Shown: positions 17,711-26,828 of the stretch, piece after piece
Layout: each line of letters opens with the position of its first letter
How positions within the stretch are numbered: the first letter of the stretch is position 1
From: an uncultured Candidatus Saccharibacteria bacterium
GTDB taxonomy: Bacteria > Patescibacteriota > Minisyncoccia > Sungbacterales > HO2-52-23
Direction: 5' to 3'
NCBI GenBank assembly: GCA_964629265.1
Contig: CAZVQM010000001.1
Span: 1-56,622, forward strand
Length of the DNA stretch: 56,622 nucleotides
Made by a program: the position numbers and the translations under genes
Notes under the pieces: model-generated
Told to the model about the DNA's origin: nothing
Seen by the model: the letters and a program-made list of their open reading frames with translations, nothing else
Database searches by the model: none

Positions 17711-18544
17711 CTAGCGCGCAGTCCACCCGCCGTCAACCACAAGGGTTGAACCAGTCATATACGACGATGCTTTGTGCGACGCGAGAAACAATACAGCCCC
17801 GTTATACTCGTCACCATGAGCCATTCTCCCAAGGATTGTACGGGCATTATACCCGCGGACAAACTCCTCGTTTTGATCTGCATATACCCCTCCGGGAACA
17901 AGGGTATTTACCCGGATCCCAAACGGAGCCCCATATTCTGCGAGCCAGCGGGTAAAATTTAGCATTCCTGATTTTGCAACGCTATACCCAACTGGCTTAA
18001 AATACACCTCGCCCGCCTTTCGACGAAAATCGTAAATTGACTGGTCGGGGGTTACAACGCCATACGTGGAAGAAATATTTATAATACTTCCCTGTTGTCC
18101 TCCTCCTGTACGGTATGCTCGAATGAATTCTTGAGAAACAAAAAATGCACCTTTCAGATGAGAATCAAGAAACGCATCCCATGCGGATTCAGGCACGTCT
18201 TCAAACGGGCCGTTCGCTGCAACAGAGGCATCCGGCGGCGAATCAAGGCCCGCATTGTTGATAAGGATGGAAGGCACGCCAAATTTCTTTACCACCTCGT
18301 CTACCGCACGACGCACCTCTTCTTTTTTTGTTATATCAACAGGTAACGAAAGAAACCGGGCGCCGTTAGAAACCAATTTTTCGGTAGTCGGATTTTTTCT
18401 TTCCGCAATGTCAAAACTGACCACCGCGGCTCCCGCATGCGCAAGAGTCGAAATATACTGACTTCCCAACCTTCCGAGACCGCCGGTGACAATCGCGACT
18501 TCACCGTCGAGATTATACATATCAGAAATAAAATCCTTATTCAT
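17711..18544 (-). CDS. Short-chain dehydrogenase/reductase (classical SDR)
   Basis: Motifs 'VAIVTGGLGRLGSQY', 'NNAG' ('ILINNAGL') and YxxxK in 'GYSVAKSG'. The ATG at 18544 has AGAGGA 8 nt upstream. The track start is 18559. Confidence 0.85.
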   Translation of the reverse strand: MNKDFISDMYNLDGEVAIVTGGLGRLGSQYISTLAHAGAAVVSFDIAERKNPTTEKLVSNGARFLSLPVDITKKEEVRRAVDEVVKKFGVPSILINNAGLDSPPDASVAANGPFEDVPESAWDAFLDSHLKGAFFVSQEFIRAYRTGGGQQGSIINISSTYGVVTPDQSIYDFRRKAGEVYFKPVGYSVAKSGMLNFTRWLAEYGAPFGIRVNTLVPGGVYADQNEEFVRGYNARTILGRMAHGDEYNGAVLFLASHKASSYMTGSTLVVDGGWTAR

Positions 18545-18582
18545 ACGTTTTCCTCTCATGGAGACCCTCTTTTTATAGAACG

Positions 18583-18611
18583 ATTATAGTCCGGAAAAGG
18601 TATTCGGGCAA
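18583..18611 (-). promoter_or_regulatory. Putative sigma70-type promoter for the SDR-ALDH-aldolase unit
   Basis: On the minus strand: TTGCCC (18611-18606), a 17-nt spacer, then TATAAT (18588-18583). Confidence 0.45.
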
Positions 18612-18696
18612 GCATTTCTCATATAATAGCATTGACATCTATTACATTTCGTGTCACAAATAGGCCCAGTACCTACTACTCTCTGGAGGTGGCATC

Positions 18697-19770
18697 ATGG
18701 AACTCTTCGGCCGTTTGGGTGATTTCTGGATCTCCTTCGGATGGCTTATCATCCTTGGCACGGTCTCCATGGCGTTCATCGGCATTTTCAAACGGGCGAT
18801 CATGAAGTCGAATACCCTTTCCGTGCTCCAATACCTCATACTCTGGTATGCGATGACAACCGCACTCTTCGGGGCTGTCTATATCGCGCTCTGGGGATTT
18901 ACGCTTCCTCAGCTTCTTCCGGGGTTTTTCCGGACAGTACTTGCCGGTGCGTTCGTAAACGTCGGCATCCAATTCGCAAACGCGAAAGCGGCATCCCTTG
19001 ACGCAGGCGAAGTGTCGCTCACAGCGCCGCTTCAAGCAATGACGCCGGGGCTTATCACGCTTCTCGCGCTTACCCTTGGCGAATTTCCAAGTGCGCTTGG
19101 CGTTACGGGCATCATAATCATGGCATCCGGGTCATGGATTCTCATGTTCCAAAAGACCCCCCAGGGAACATACGAATATCTCGGCCCGATCCGCGAACTC
19201 AAATATCTCTGGCTACGCAATGCCACGGGCAGCGTGCAGGCAAGCGGAGTACGATCCGTCAACTCGGGAAAGGCGCTCGTTGTCCGCCTTGCGCTCCTTT
19301 CAGCGTCGCTCGGGACCTTCGGACTTCTCATGGATGGCCTCTTTACCCGAAGAGGCATAACCCTCCAAGGACTTACGCTCGGCGCACTAATCTTCACGGC
19401 AATCTTCACCGCCTCCTATGCGGTTTGGTACATCCTCAGGCCAGATGCGACTCCGGAACAAAAAGCCAAAGCAGTTCCTTACTTCATCGCCTATCCCGGC
19501 ATCATCCTCTTCCTAGCCGCAAGTATCGCGTGGATTCTCCATATTCTTCTCGTTAACCCAGCGTACACGCATACCTATGTTGCCTACGTGGGGACGCTCA
19601 AACGCTTCAGCATTCTCATGTCAGTCGTTCTCGGAAACATCATCTTCCGGGAACAGGATTTCAAGAAGCGCTTCTGGGCAAGCGTTCTCATCATCGGAGG
19701 CGCGATACTCATCTCAATGGATGACCTCCCACAACGCCTTTCAGCAAAAATCGAACTCTTCGGATTCTAG
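18697..19770 (+). CDS. Polytopic membrane protein, possibly a DMT/EamA-type transporter
   Basis: 357 aa with about 10 hydrophobic segments and GGAGG 7 nt upstream of the ATG. The family assignment is tentative. Confidence 0.5.
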   Translation: MELFGRLGDFWISFGWLIILGTVSMAFIGIFKRAIMKSNTLSVLQYLILWYAMTTALFGAVYIALWGFTLPQLLPGFFRTVLAGAFVNVGIQFANAKAASLDAGEVSLTAPLQAMTPGLITLLALTLGEFPSALGVTGIIIMASGSWILMFQKTPQGTYEYLGPIRELKYLWLRNATGSVQASGVRSVNSGKALVVRLALLSASLGTFGLLMDGLFTRRGITLQGLTLGALIFTAIFTASYAVWYILRPDATPEQKAKAVPYFIAYPGIILFLAASIAWILHILLVNPAYTHTYVAYVGTLKRFSILMSVVLGNIIFREQDFKKRFWASVLIIGGAILISMDDLPQRLSAKIELFGF

Positions 19771-19776
19771 CCAAAA

Positions 19777-19808
19777 ACCGCCACGCGCAAGCGCGAGCGG
19801 TCTTTTTC
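19777..19808 (+). terminator. Rho-independent terminator after the membrane protein gene
   Basis: GC-rich interrupted hairpin ACCGC(ca)CGCG-CAAG-CGCG(a)GCGGT (19777-19801) followed by CTTTTTC. Confidence 0.6.
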
Positions 19809-19814
19809 TTACTA

Positions 19815-19979
19815 AAGACCTTTTGCAAAATAACATTCTGGCTCATTTCCCCAAATTTCGGCTGCAAAGGACTCATCGGAACTTACCGTACTTATATCAA
19901 GTACGCCTACATTCCTCTTCGCCCTTTTCGCTCGAAATTTGTGAAAATTATCACAAAAACTTATTTTGCAAAAGGTCTT
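19815..19979. repeat. 165-nt concentric nested palindromic element (element A)
   Basis: Perfect 19-bp terminal inverted repeat AAGACCTTTTGCAAAATAA (19815-19833 / 19961-19979). Inner IR AAATTTCG/CGAAATTT (19853-19860 / 19933-19940). Central hairpin CGTACTT-ATATC-AAGTACG (19887-19905). All three share the same centre at ~19896.5. Confidence 0.8.
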
Positions 19980-19987
19980 AAATGTCC

Positions 19988-20557
19988 CTATCGAAGCGCA
20001 AGCGTAGCAACATCTCTTCCCTGTGCTTCCAGGATGAAATTTGCGAGATCACGAATTGCGCCGTCCCCACCGCGGCGCTTTGCGACAAAATGCACGCGTT
20101 TTTTTATTATGTCCTCGGCCTGTAGAGGCGCGGCGGCGAGCTCGACTTCCTTGAGAATCTCGTAGTCAGTCATGTCATCACCCATTGCCGCACAATCACC
20201 AAACGTAAGTCCATGTGAAGCAAGCCATGTCTTTGCTGTTTCTACTTTTGCTTTACGCTCTACCCCGGAAAAAACCGCTATCGGCTCCCACGTTCCGGAC
20301 GCGACCGAAGACAAACTATTCCATTTCTTGACCAAATTTTCCAGAAATGAAGCATTCACACCAGACTCACCGGTAATACAGCAAACCACAATTCCGATTC
20401 CCCGAAGAAGAGATATCCCCTGCCCGTCCGCGTGGCTGCGGATTTTTGCAAGCGGCCCTTCGGGCCCCTCAATCACGTGGCCGGTAAAAATAACGCCGTC
20501 GCTATCAAGAACCAAGGCCTTTATCTTTTTTGCACGCTCTTGCAGTGATGCATTCAT
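19988..20557 (-). CDS. HAD-IIIA phosphatase, KdsC / ulosonate-phosphate phosphatase family
   Basis: Motifs 'IKALVLDSDGVIFTG' (DxD nucleophile), 'ITGES', 'AAMGDDMTDYEIL' and 'RRGGDGAIRDLANFILEAQG', colinear with KdsC. Confidence 0.8.
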   Translation of the reverse strand: MNASLQERAKKIKALVLDSDGVIFTGHVIEGPEGPLAKIRSHADGQGISLLRGIGIVVCCITGESGVNASFLENLVKKWNSLSSVASGTWEPIAVFSGVERKAKVETAKTWLASHGLTFGDCAAMGDDMTDYEILKEVELAAAPLQAEDIIKKRVHFVAKRRGGDGAIRDLANFILEAQGRDVATLALR

Positions 20558-20578
20558 AAAAAAGTTTCGATATGTAAA

Positions 20579-21304
20579 CTATGCATGCGCAATGACTCCT
20601 TTTTCAAGAAGCGCCTCCGCGATCGCAAAATCCAATTCCGAATCAATATCAAGGGCGTAGAGATAAGGAATAATATGGTATCCGCTTCGTTCTCCGTAGA
20701 GAAGTTTTCTCTCCTTGAGAACCGAGGTTCGCGTCACAATGATATTTCCTCGGAAATATGCTTTCTCATGTTTCTGGCGGGCATTGGGGTAGGTATTGAG
20801 CGTATAGTGGTCATGGAATGGCGCAAGAGAATCCGCATCGGTAATCCGAAGCGCTTTACCGGGATGTTGACGCGCCTCTGCCACACCCATTACGGAATCA
20901 AGCTGGGGATTCTTCAGAAGAACCTCGATAGATGCATCGATATCCTCCGTACGTTGGAAGGGAACCGTGGGAATAAGGCGAACGACGATATTGGGAATAT
21001 AGCGCTCATTCGCTTCAAGCCAATTCACTGCATGAATAATATATTCAAAATCCGGAGATGTGTCACCAGAAATCTCCGCCGGACGGAGAAATGGCGCTTC
21101 GGCTCCGGAACGATTTGCAACCTCTGCATATTCTTTTGAATCAGTCGAAACAATAATCCGATTGATGTATTTCGATTCCCGCGCAGCACCAATAATCCAA
21201 CTCATGAGCGGTTTTCCGCCGAGCGGACGAATATTTTTATGAGGGATTCCTTTCGAGCCGGATCGCGCTCCGATAATGGCTAAAATTCTATTGCTTCCTG
21301 GCAT
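20579..21304 (-). CDS. Acylneuraminate (CMP-ulosonic acid) cytidylyltransferase family, copy 1
   Basis: Motif 'ILAIIGARSGSKGIPHKNIRPLGGKPLMSWII', the canonical NeuA/CMP-NeuAc synthetase N-terminus. Confidence 0.85.
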   Translation of the reverse strand: MPGSNRILAIIGARSGSKGIPHKNIRPLGGKPLMSWIIGAARESKYINRIIVSTDSKEYAEVANRSGAEAPFLRPAEISGDTSPDFEYIIHAVNWLEANERYIPNIVVRLIPTVPFQRTEDIDASIEVLLKNPQLDSVMGVAEARQHPGKALRITDADSLAPFHDHYTLNTYPNARQKHEKAYFRGNIIVTRTSVLKERKLLYGERSGYHIIPYLYALDIDSELDFAIAEALLEKGVIAHA

Positions 21305-21313
21305 ACAGATTTT

Positions 21314-22051
21314 TTATACAATAAAACCCCCCGGATCTTCTTTCAATTTCTCCATCAGTTTCTCCGCGATGAAAAAATCAAGAGGCGTATCGATATCAAT
21401 CGCATACGGCTTCGGAATCACATGGTACCGGACACGCTTCCCCGCCATTGATTTCTCTTCGACGAGCGTGCGCCATCTGAGCGCAATCACGTCAACGTGC
21501 TGAAAAGCTTTTGGAAACGACTGGCGCGGCATATTATGAGCATCCTTAAATCCCGTATGCTCTTCAGATAAAAACGGCTCGAGGTAACCATCGGTAGAGG
21601 CGCGCCATAATTTATAGGGGTGCTTTGAAACAGAGGCAATGGTGCGCGAAGAATCTGCTGACTGGTCATTTTTCAAAAGCTCTACGCAAGCGTCAATATG
21701 TTCCGGTCGGCACAAAGGCGTCGTCGGTGCAAGACGCAATATCACGTCCGCCTGCCATCCTTCGCGATCGCGAAGCGTGGTTGCCGCGTGATACAAGTAA
21801 TCAAAATCGGGCGTATGATCCTTTGCGAGTTCTTTCGGCCGTAAAAATGGAACTTCGATTCCCTGCTCGATTGCAAGATCCGCATACCGGGGTGAATCAG
21901 TAGACATGATAAGGCGCGTAACGGAATGGGACTGCTTTGCCGCATCCGCAATCCACGCAAATAAAGGCTTCCCGGCAAGCGGCCGGATATTCTTGTCTGG
22001 TACCCCTCGGGAACCAGAGCGCGCGCCAATGACTCCCAATACTTTCATCAA
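21314..22051 (-). CDS. Acylneuraminate (CMP-ulosonic acid) cytidylyltransferase family, copy 2
   Basis: Motif 'VLGVIGARSGSRGVPDKNIRPLAGKPLFAWIA'. It is a tandem paralogue of the preceding gene. Confidence 0.85.
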   Translation of the reverse strand: MMKVLGVIGARSGSRGVPDKNIRPLAGKPLFAWIADAAKQSHSVTRLIMSTDSPRYADLAIEQGIEVPFLRPKELAKDHTPDFDYLYHAATTLRDREGWQADVILRLAPTTPLCRPEHIDACVELLKNDQSADSSRTIASVSKHPYKLWRASTDGYLEPFLSEEHTGFKDAHNMPRQSFPKAFQHVDVIALRWRTLVEEKSMAGKRVRYHVIPKPYAIDIDTPLDFFIAEKLMEKLKEDPGGFIV

Positions 22052-22101
22052 ACCTTTTATACACCAATTATCCTTCTACCCATATAACTCCTTAGGACGC
22101 C

Positions 22102-23325
22102 TCATACGTTTCTCGAGGCCGCTACGCGAAATATGGACTCCATTGCTTCGGCATACTTTTGCCACGAAATATTGTTTTCTACAAACCTTCGTCCGTTCTT
22201 GCTCAATGTACGATAAAGCTCCGGGTGAGAAATAAGTTGTTCTACCGCCTCAGCAATATCCTCGGATGATTTCTCGTTCACCAGAAGAGCATTCTCTCCG
22301 TCCGTCAGCATTTCGTGAAGCGATGCGCCTTTCGATACGATAACAGGCGCGCCACATGCCATCGCTTCTAACGTTGCGAGGTTACCCGGATGGAGGATAC
22401 TCGGAAAAACTCCGATATCATGGCCTTGATATACTCTCACAAGCTCTTCTTCGGAAATAATGCCCAAAAAGCGTACCCGCGCACCAAGATCCCACTTCCT
22501 CACAAGCTTTTTTAACATCTCATAGTATGCCGAGCGCTGGGCGGTGTCTCCCACAATATCAAGCGATACATCATACCCTCGATCATTAAGAATTTTTACC
22601 GCTTCAATTGCGTCTTCAAATCGTCTGTGTTCAAATAATGCTCCCACCCCGAAAAGCCTTGCTTTTTTGTTTCGTCGACCTTCTCTCGCGCGGTACATGA
22701 AGCGATTCAAATCGGCGCCCGTGCGCACTTGTATCGCCTCCTTCCCCATATACTTCTGAACAAGTGCCTTATTAATACTATTCAGCACTACAATTCGATG
22801 AGGATTAATAAAGAGACGTAATTCCGTCCAATCCATGATCCGATAAAAAAGCTTTTTAAAAAAAGAGACCGAAAAATCTGGATTGAGCTCTTTTGCTCTC
22901 CAAAACTTCCACGTCCGAAAAGTCATCGTATTCAACATCCAAACGGCGGGGATATCTCGTATTTCTTTCTTAAAATAATACGATACCGCATACACATAAA
23001 AGGCATGCGGATTCAAAATGTCGGTATCCGGATCTATGAGATGCGCAAGACGACGTGCATTTCGATTTCTTTTAAACCACCACGCGAGATAACTTGGACG
23101 CGTGAAGAACCCCAAAAATGATTCTACGCGATGAGGATCGTAGTCCGAAAGTGTGATAACATCGAGTCCGTTAATAAGATCCGTATATGTATTTTTGCGG
23201 TCAACCTCAAATGCATATAACTTTACCGTGTGTCCTTTTTTTAGAAGATTTCGTGCAAGCTCGAGCGCTTGACGCTGGGTTCCCCCTTTAAACGTAAGTC
23301 GGTGAACGATAATTGCAATCTTCAT
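22102..23325 (-). CDS. GT4 (GT-B fold) glycosyltransferase, paralogue 1 of a pair
   Basis: C-terminal 'GNLATLEAMACGAPVIVS' (E-x7-E region). It is roughly 45% identical by eye to the ORF at 29787..31022, including the identical 'RRFEDAIEAVK'. Confidence 0.8.
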   Translation of the reverse strand: MKIAIIVHRLTFKGGTQRQALELARNLLKKGHTVKLYAFEVDRKNTYTDLINGLDVITLSDYDPHRVESFLGFFTRPSYLAWWFKRNRNARRLAHLIDPDTDILNPHAFYVYAVSYYFKKEIRDIPAVWMLNTMTFRTWKFWRAKELNPDFSVSFFKKLFYRIMDWTELRLFINPHRIVVLNSINKALVQKYMGKEAIQVRTGADLNRFMYRAREGRRNKKARLFGVGALFEHRRFEDAIEAVKILNDRGYDVSLDIVGDTAQRSAYYEMLKKLVRKWDLGARVRFLGIISEEELVRVYQGHDIGVFPSILHPGNLATLEAMACGAPVIVSKGASLHEMLTDGENALLVNEKSSEDIAEAVEQLISHPELYRTLSKNGRRFVENNISWQKYAEAMESIFRVAASRNV

Positions 23326-23336
23326 TTTTAAAATTC

Positions 23337-24440
23337 CTACGAAAAATATTCTTTTACAAGAAAAGCAACACGTCTAATTTCATGCAATGGTGTTGTCACA
23401 GAAGAAGGCAGGGATAAACCGTGCTTATATAGGTATACTGCATTGGGAAATTTTTTCCCGAATCGGAAATGACGATAACATGGCTGCTTATGGAGTGGAT
23501 AGAAAAACCTTCGCGACTGTACTCCCTTCTCTTCTAAAAAACGAGATAATCCTGCGGCGTCAGGAACCAACACATTGGTAAACCAAAATACCGAACGAAC
23601 GTGCGGCGGAGTTTTCCAAAACCTGCAATCGGGTACATCCTTAAGAATATGTTCATACAAATCTCTAATCTGCTTTTTTCGAGCGATGATTCTCCTCAAT
23701 TTATGAAACTGAGCAATTCCTAATGCCGCTTGCATTTCCGTAAAAGAAAAATTAAATCCTATATCCGTATGGATGAAAGTTCCTCGATTATCCCTGCCGT
23801 GATTTTTTAATCGGTACGATTTTCTATGAAAATATTCTTTATTCGTTAAAAGTATTGCCCCCTCACCGCACGTCATTGTCTTGTTGCCGAAAAAAGAGAT
23901 CATGCCGATATGTCCCAGGGTACCGAGGTGTTTACTTTTATAAAAAACGCCCATCCCTTGTGCCGCATCCTCCACAACAAAAAGACGATACTTCTTTGCT
24001 AGTTTCATAACCGCATCCATATCCGCAGCAAATCCATATAGATGTACGGGAATAATCGCCTTCGTCTTCTTTGTTATTTTTCTTTCTGCTGCACGAATAT
24101 CAATACCAAACGTATGTAGATCCACATCCACCAATACCGGGCGTGCGCCTGCCATAATAACCGCATTCGCGGTCGCTATAAAAGTCAAGTCAGGAACCAA
24201 TACCTCATCCCCTGGTCCAATTCCAATCGCTTTTAAAGCAACAAAAAGACCAGCCGTACCGTTGGTAACAGCGAGAGCGAATTTAGCTTTTGTATATGTT
24301 TTTAGCAGGGATTCAAACTCGTGAGTAAGATCATGCTCAGTGACCCACCCGGAGGAAACAACCTTATCAAGCCATTTCTTTTCTTGTGCATCTATCCAAG
24401 GCTCCACTACTGGTATCCTAACGAGAGAGCGCTTCTTCAT
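23337..24440 (-). CDS. DegT-family PLP sugar aminotransferase
   Basis: Motifs 'ALAVTNGTAGLFVAL' and 'ISFFGNKTMTCGEGAILLTN', with the Lys present. Confidence 0.9.
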   Translation of the reverse strand: MKKRSLVRIPVVEPWIDAQEKKWLDKVVSSGWVTEHDLTHEFESLLKTYTKAKFALAVTNGTAGLFVALKAIGIGPGDEVLVPDLTFIATANAVIMAGARPVLVDVDLHTFGIDIRAAERKITKKTKAIIPVHLYGFAADMDAVMKLAKKYRLFVVEDAAQGMGVFYKSKHLGTLGHIGMISFFGNKTMTCGEGAILLTNKEYFHRKSYRLKNHGRDNRGTFIHTDIGFNFSFTEMQAALGIAQFHKLRRIIARKKQIRDLYEHILKDVPDCRFWKTPPHVRSVFWFTNVLVPDAAGLSRFLEEKGVQSRRFFYPLHKQPCYRHFRFGKKFPNAVYLYKHGLSLPSSVTTPLHEIRRVAFLVKEYFS

Positions 24441-24465
24441 AATTTTCTGAAGCTATTACCAACCT

Positions 24466-25677
24466 TCATCTTTTATCCCGATACTTATGAAAAAAATCAT
24501 GGAATGCCTTTATTACACGATTACCATCCTCCCTGGCAATTTCCGGGTGACATCCGATATAAAATCCGTTTTTGTTGATATATGCCGCCACCGGATACTT
24601 TGGCTCCAGATCTCCGAAGAGACGCCGATACACCGGCTGATTAATCATGGGACTCATATAACGCGTTTCCACCCCGCGGTTTTCTAACCAATAAATGAGA
24701 TCATCACGAGAAATTCTTTTGTCCTTGATCACTAACGGAAAAACCATAAATGCATGATCAGAATGGTTGGGTATATATGGAAACTGTAAAAAAATTTTCA
24801 GGGGTGCTAACGCGCGAACGAGATACGACGCATACCGCTGACGAAAACGAATATTGTGAGGCAATTCTTTCAATTGTGCAACTCCTAATGCGCCTTCTAA
24901 TTCCGTAAGTCGGAAGCTGTGACCAATACTCTCAAAAGAAAATCTGCGGGACGCCATCACGAGTCGTGCTTTTCCGCTGACCCCCTTGTCATCATCAATG
25001 GAAAAATAGATCGAATCACGGCCGTGATTTACCAAACTTCGAACTTTTACCGCAACCTTCGCATCATTTGTTAAGACAAGTCCTCCCACTCCAGTAGTCA
25101 CCAAATGCGCCATATAGGTAGAAAAACAGGATATATCACCTCGAGAGCCAACCGGTTTACCTTTATAGGTCACTCCCACTGTTTCGCAGGAATCCTCAAT
25201 TACCTTGAGATTATGTTTCCGAGCAAGAGACATAATATCCTCCATGTCTGAGGAAAGACCGAAAAGATGCACGGGGATAATTGCACGCGTCCTTTTAGAT
25301 ATCTTCGCAGTAACCAGTGAAGGGTTTATGTTATACGTTCTCGGATCGACGTCAACAAATATCGGTTTCATGCCGTTGTGAATAACGATATTGGCGGTAG
25401 CTACAAATGTCACTGCGGGAATCAAAACCTCATCCCCATCTTCCCATCCATACAATTCCTTCATGGCTTGAAGTGCGACTTGTAATGCACTTGTTCCGCT
25501 ATTTGCCGAAATCGCGAATTTCCTATCGCAAAGGCGTGCAAATCCTTCTTCGAATTTTTGCAAAAAAGGCCCATAAGAAATACGGCCGGAATCAAGGACT
25601 CTGTTGACCAACTTTTTCGCATAGGGAGAAATGACTACCCCGCCTACGCCAATTTTGTGTTTTACGGCTTTTTTCAT
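24466..25677 (-). CDS. DegT-fold enzyme with catalytic Lys replaced by His: predicted ColD/E1-type NDP-4-keto-6-deoxyhexose 3-dehydratase
   Basis: 'FSTYMAHLVTTGVGG' aligns residue-for-residue with 'FSFHAAKVMTTGEGG' of the neighbouring paralogue. The His codon CAT is at 25107-25105. The ATG at 25677 is preferred over the TTG at 25692. Confidence 0.65.
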   Translation of the reverse strand: MKKAVKHKIGVGGVVISPYAKKLVNRVLDSGRISYGPFLQKFEEGFARLCDRKFAISANSGTSALQVALQAMKELYGWEDGDEVLIPAVTFVATANIVIHNGMKPIFVDVDPRTYNINPSLVTAKISKRTRAIIPVHLFGLSSDMEDIMSLARKHNLKVIEDSCETVGVTYKGKPVGSRGDISCFSTYMAHLVTTGVGGLVLTNDAKVAVKVRSLVNHGRDSIYFSIDDDKGVSGKARLVMASRRFSFESIGHSFRLTELEGALGVAQLKELPHNIRFRQRYASYLVRALAPLKIFLQFPYIPNHSDHAFMVFPLVIKDKRISRDDLIYWLENRGVETRYMSPMINQPVYRRLFGDLEPKYPVAAYINKNGFYIGCHPEIAREDGNRVIKAFHDFFHKYRDKR

Positions 25678-25688
25678 ATCATGATATT

Positions 25689-26828
25689 TCAAGCGTCAAG
25701 AACACGTTGCAATCGCTTTACGATCTCACTCACATCCTTTTTACGAAGTGTCACAAACGATGGTAAATTCAATCCATGTATTCCCAAAGATTCTGTATTC
25801 GGCAGTTTTATATGATTATATTCTTTATATATAGATTGTGTGTGTATAGGGACAAAAAAAGGCCGCGATTCTACCTTCTTTTTCCTAAGTTCGGTTATTA
25901 CCGCATCCCTATTTTTTCCAATCGCTTTCGGATCTATAAGAATAGAATAAAGCCAATGAGCACTCATTGCCCACGGCGCCTGCGAAGGCAAGACAACACC
26001 ACGTGTTCCTTTAAGAAAGCGTGAGTACCACTCTGCAATACGGATCTTCGCCTTCAAAAAGGCATCTACTCTTGCCAGCTGCCCCAATCCGACCGCTGCC
26101 TGAAGATTGGTCATCAAATAATTAAACCCGAGAGTATCGTGTAGAAAATATCGCCCCGTCCTTGATCTGCCGTGATTGTGGAGTACCTTGACCTTCTGTG
26201 CGAGTCCAGAATCATTCGTAACCACCATTCCACCCTCTCCGGTTGTCATCACCTTTGCAGCATGAAAACTAAAAACTCCTACATCGCCCCATGTACCGAC
26301 TTTCTTTTTATTTACCTCCGCGCCAATCGCCTCTGCAGCGTCCTCTACGACAAAAAGTTTATGGGTGCGAGCAATTCTCATAATCTTGTCCATCCGGGCA
26401 GGATGCCCATAGAGATGTACCGGGATAATCGCTTTTGTTTTCTTCGTAATAGCCCTTTCGATTTTTTCGGGATCAATCTGCCAATAGATTGGGTCGACAT
26501 CGACAAATACGGGTTTTGCTCCCGCATATCGGACGGCATTAGCGGTAGCAATAAACGTCAACGAGGGTACAATAACTTCGTCCCCTGGTACAATATCAAG
26601 GGCTAAAAGCGAAAGATGCAATGCGGCAGTACCGTTGGAGCAGGCGATAGCGTACTTCGCACCAATAAACCGAGCAAACTCCTTTTCAAATCTCGAAATG
26701 TGGGGGCCAGAGGAGGAAACCCAGCCGCTTTTTATCGCTTGTGTGACATAATACAATTCTTTACCGGAAAGATCGGGCTTTGATACCGGATAAAAAACAC
26801 TCGACATATCAATTTTTTTATGCCGCAT
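25689..26828 (-). CDS. DegT-family aminotransferase, GDP-perosamine synthase-like
   Basis: Motifs 'YYVTQAIKSGWVSSSGPHISRFEKEFARFIGAKYAIACSNGTAALHL' and 'FSFHAAKVMTTGEGGMVVTND'. It lies two genes from gmd. Confidence 0.8.
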   Translation of the reverse strand: MRHKKIDMSSVFYPVSKPDLSGKELYYVTQAIKSGWVSSSGPHISRFEKEFARFIGAKYAIACSNGTAALHLSLLALDIVPGDEVIVPSLTFIATANAVRYAGAKPVFVDVDPIYWQIDPEKIERAITKKTKAIIPVHLYGHPARMDKIMRIARTHKLFVVEDAAEAIGAEVNKKKVGTWGDVGVFSFHAAKVMTTGEGGMVVTNDSGLAQKVKVLHNHGRSRTGRYFLHDTLGFNYLMTNLQAAVGLGQLARVDAFLKAKIRIAEWYSRFLKGTRGVVLPSQAPWAMSAHWLYSILIDPKAIGKNRDAVITELRKKKVESRPFFVPIHTQSIYKEYNHIKLPNTESLGIHGLNLPSFVTLRKKDVSEIVKRLQRVLDA

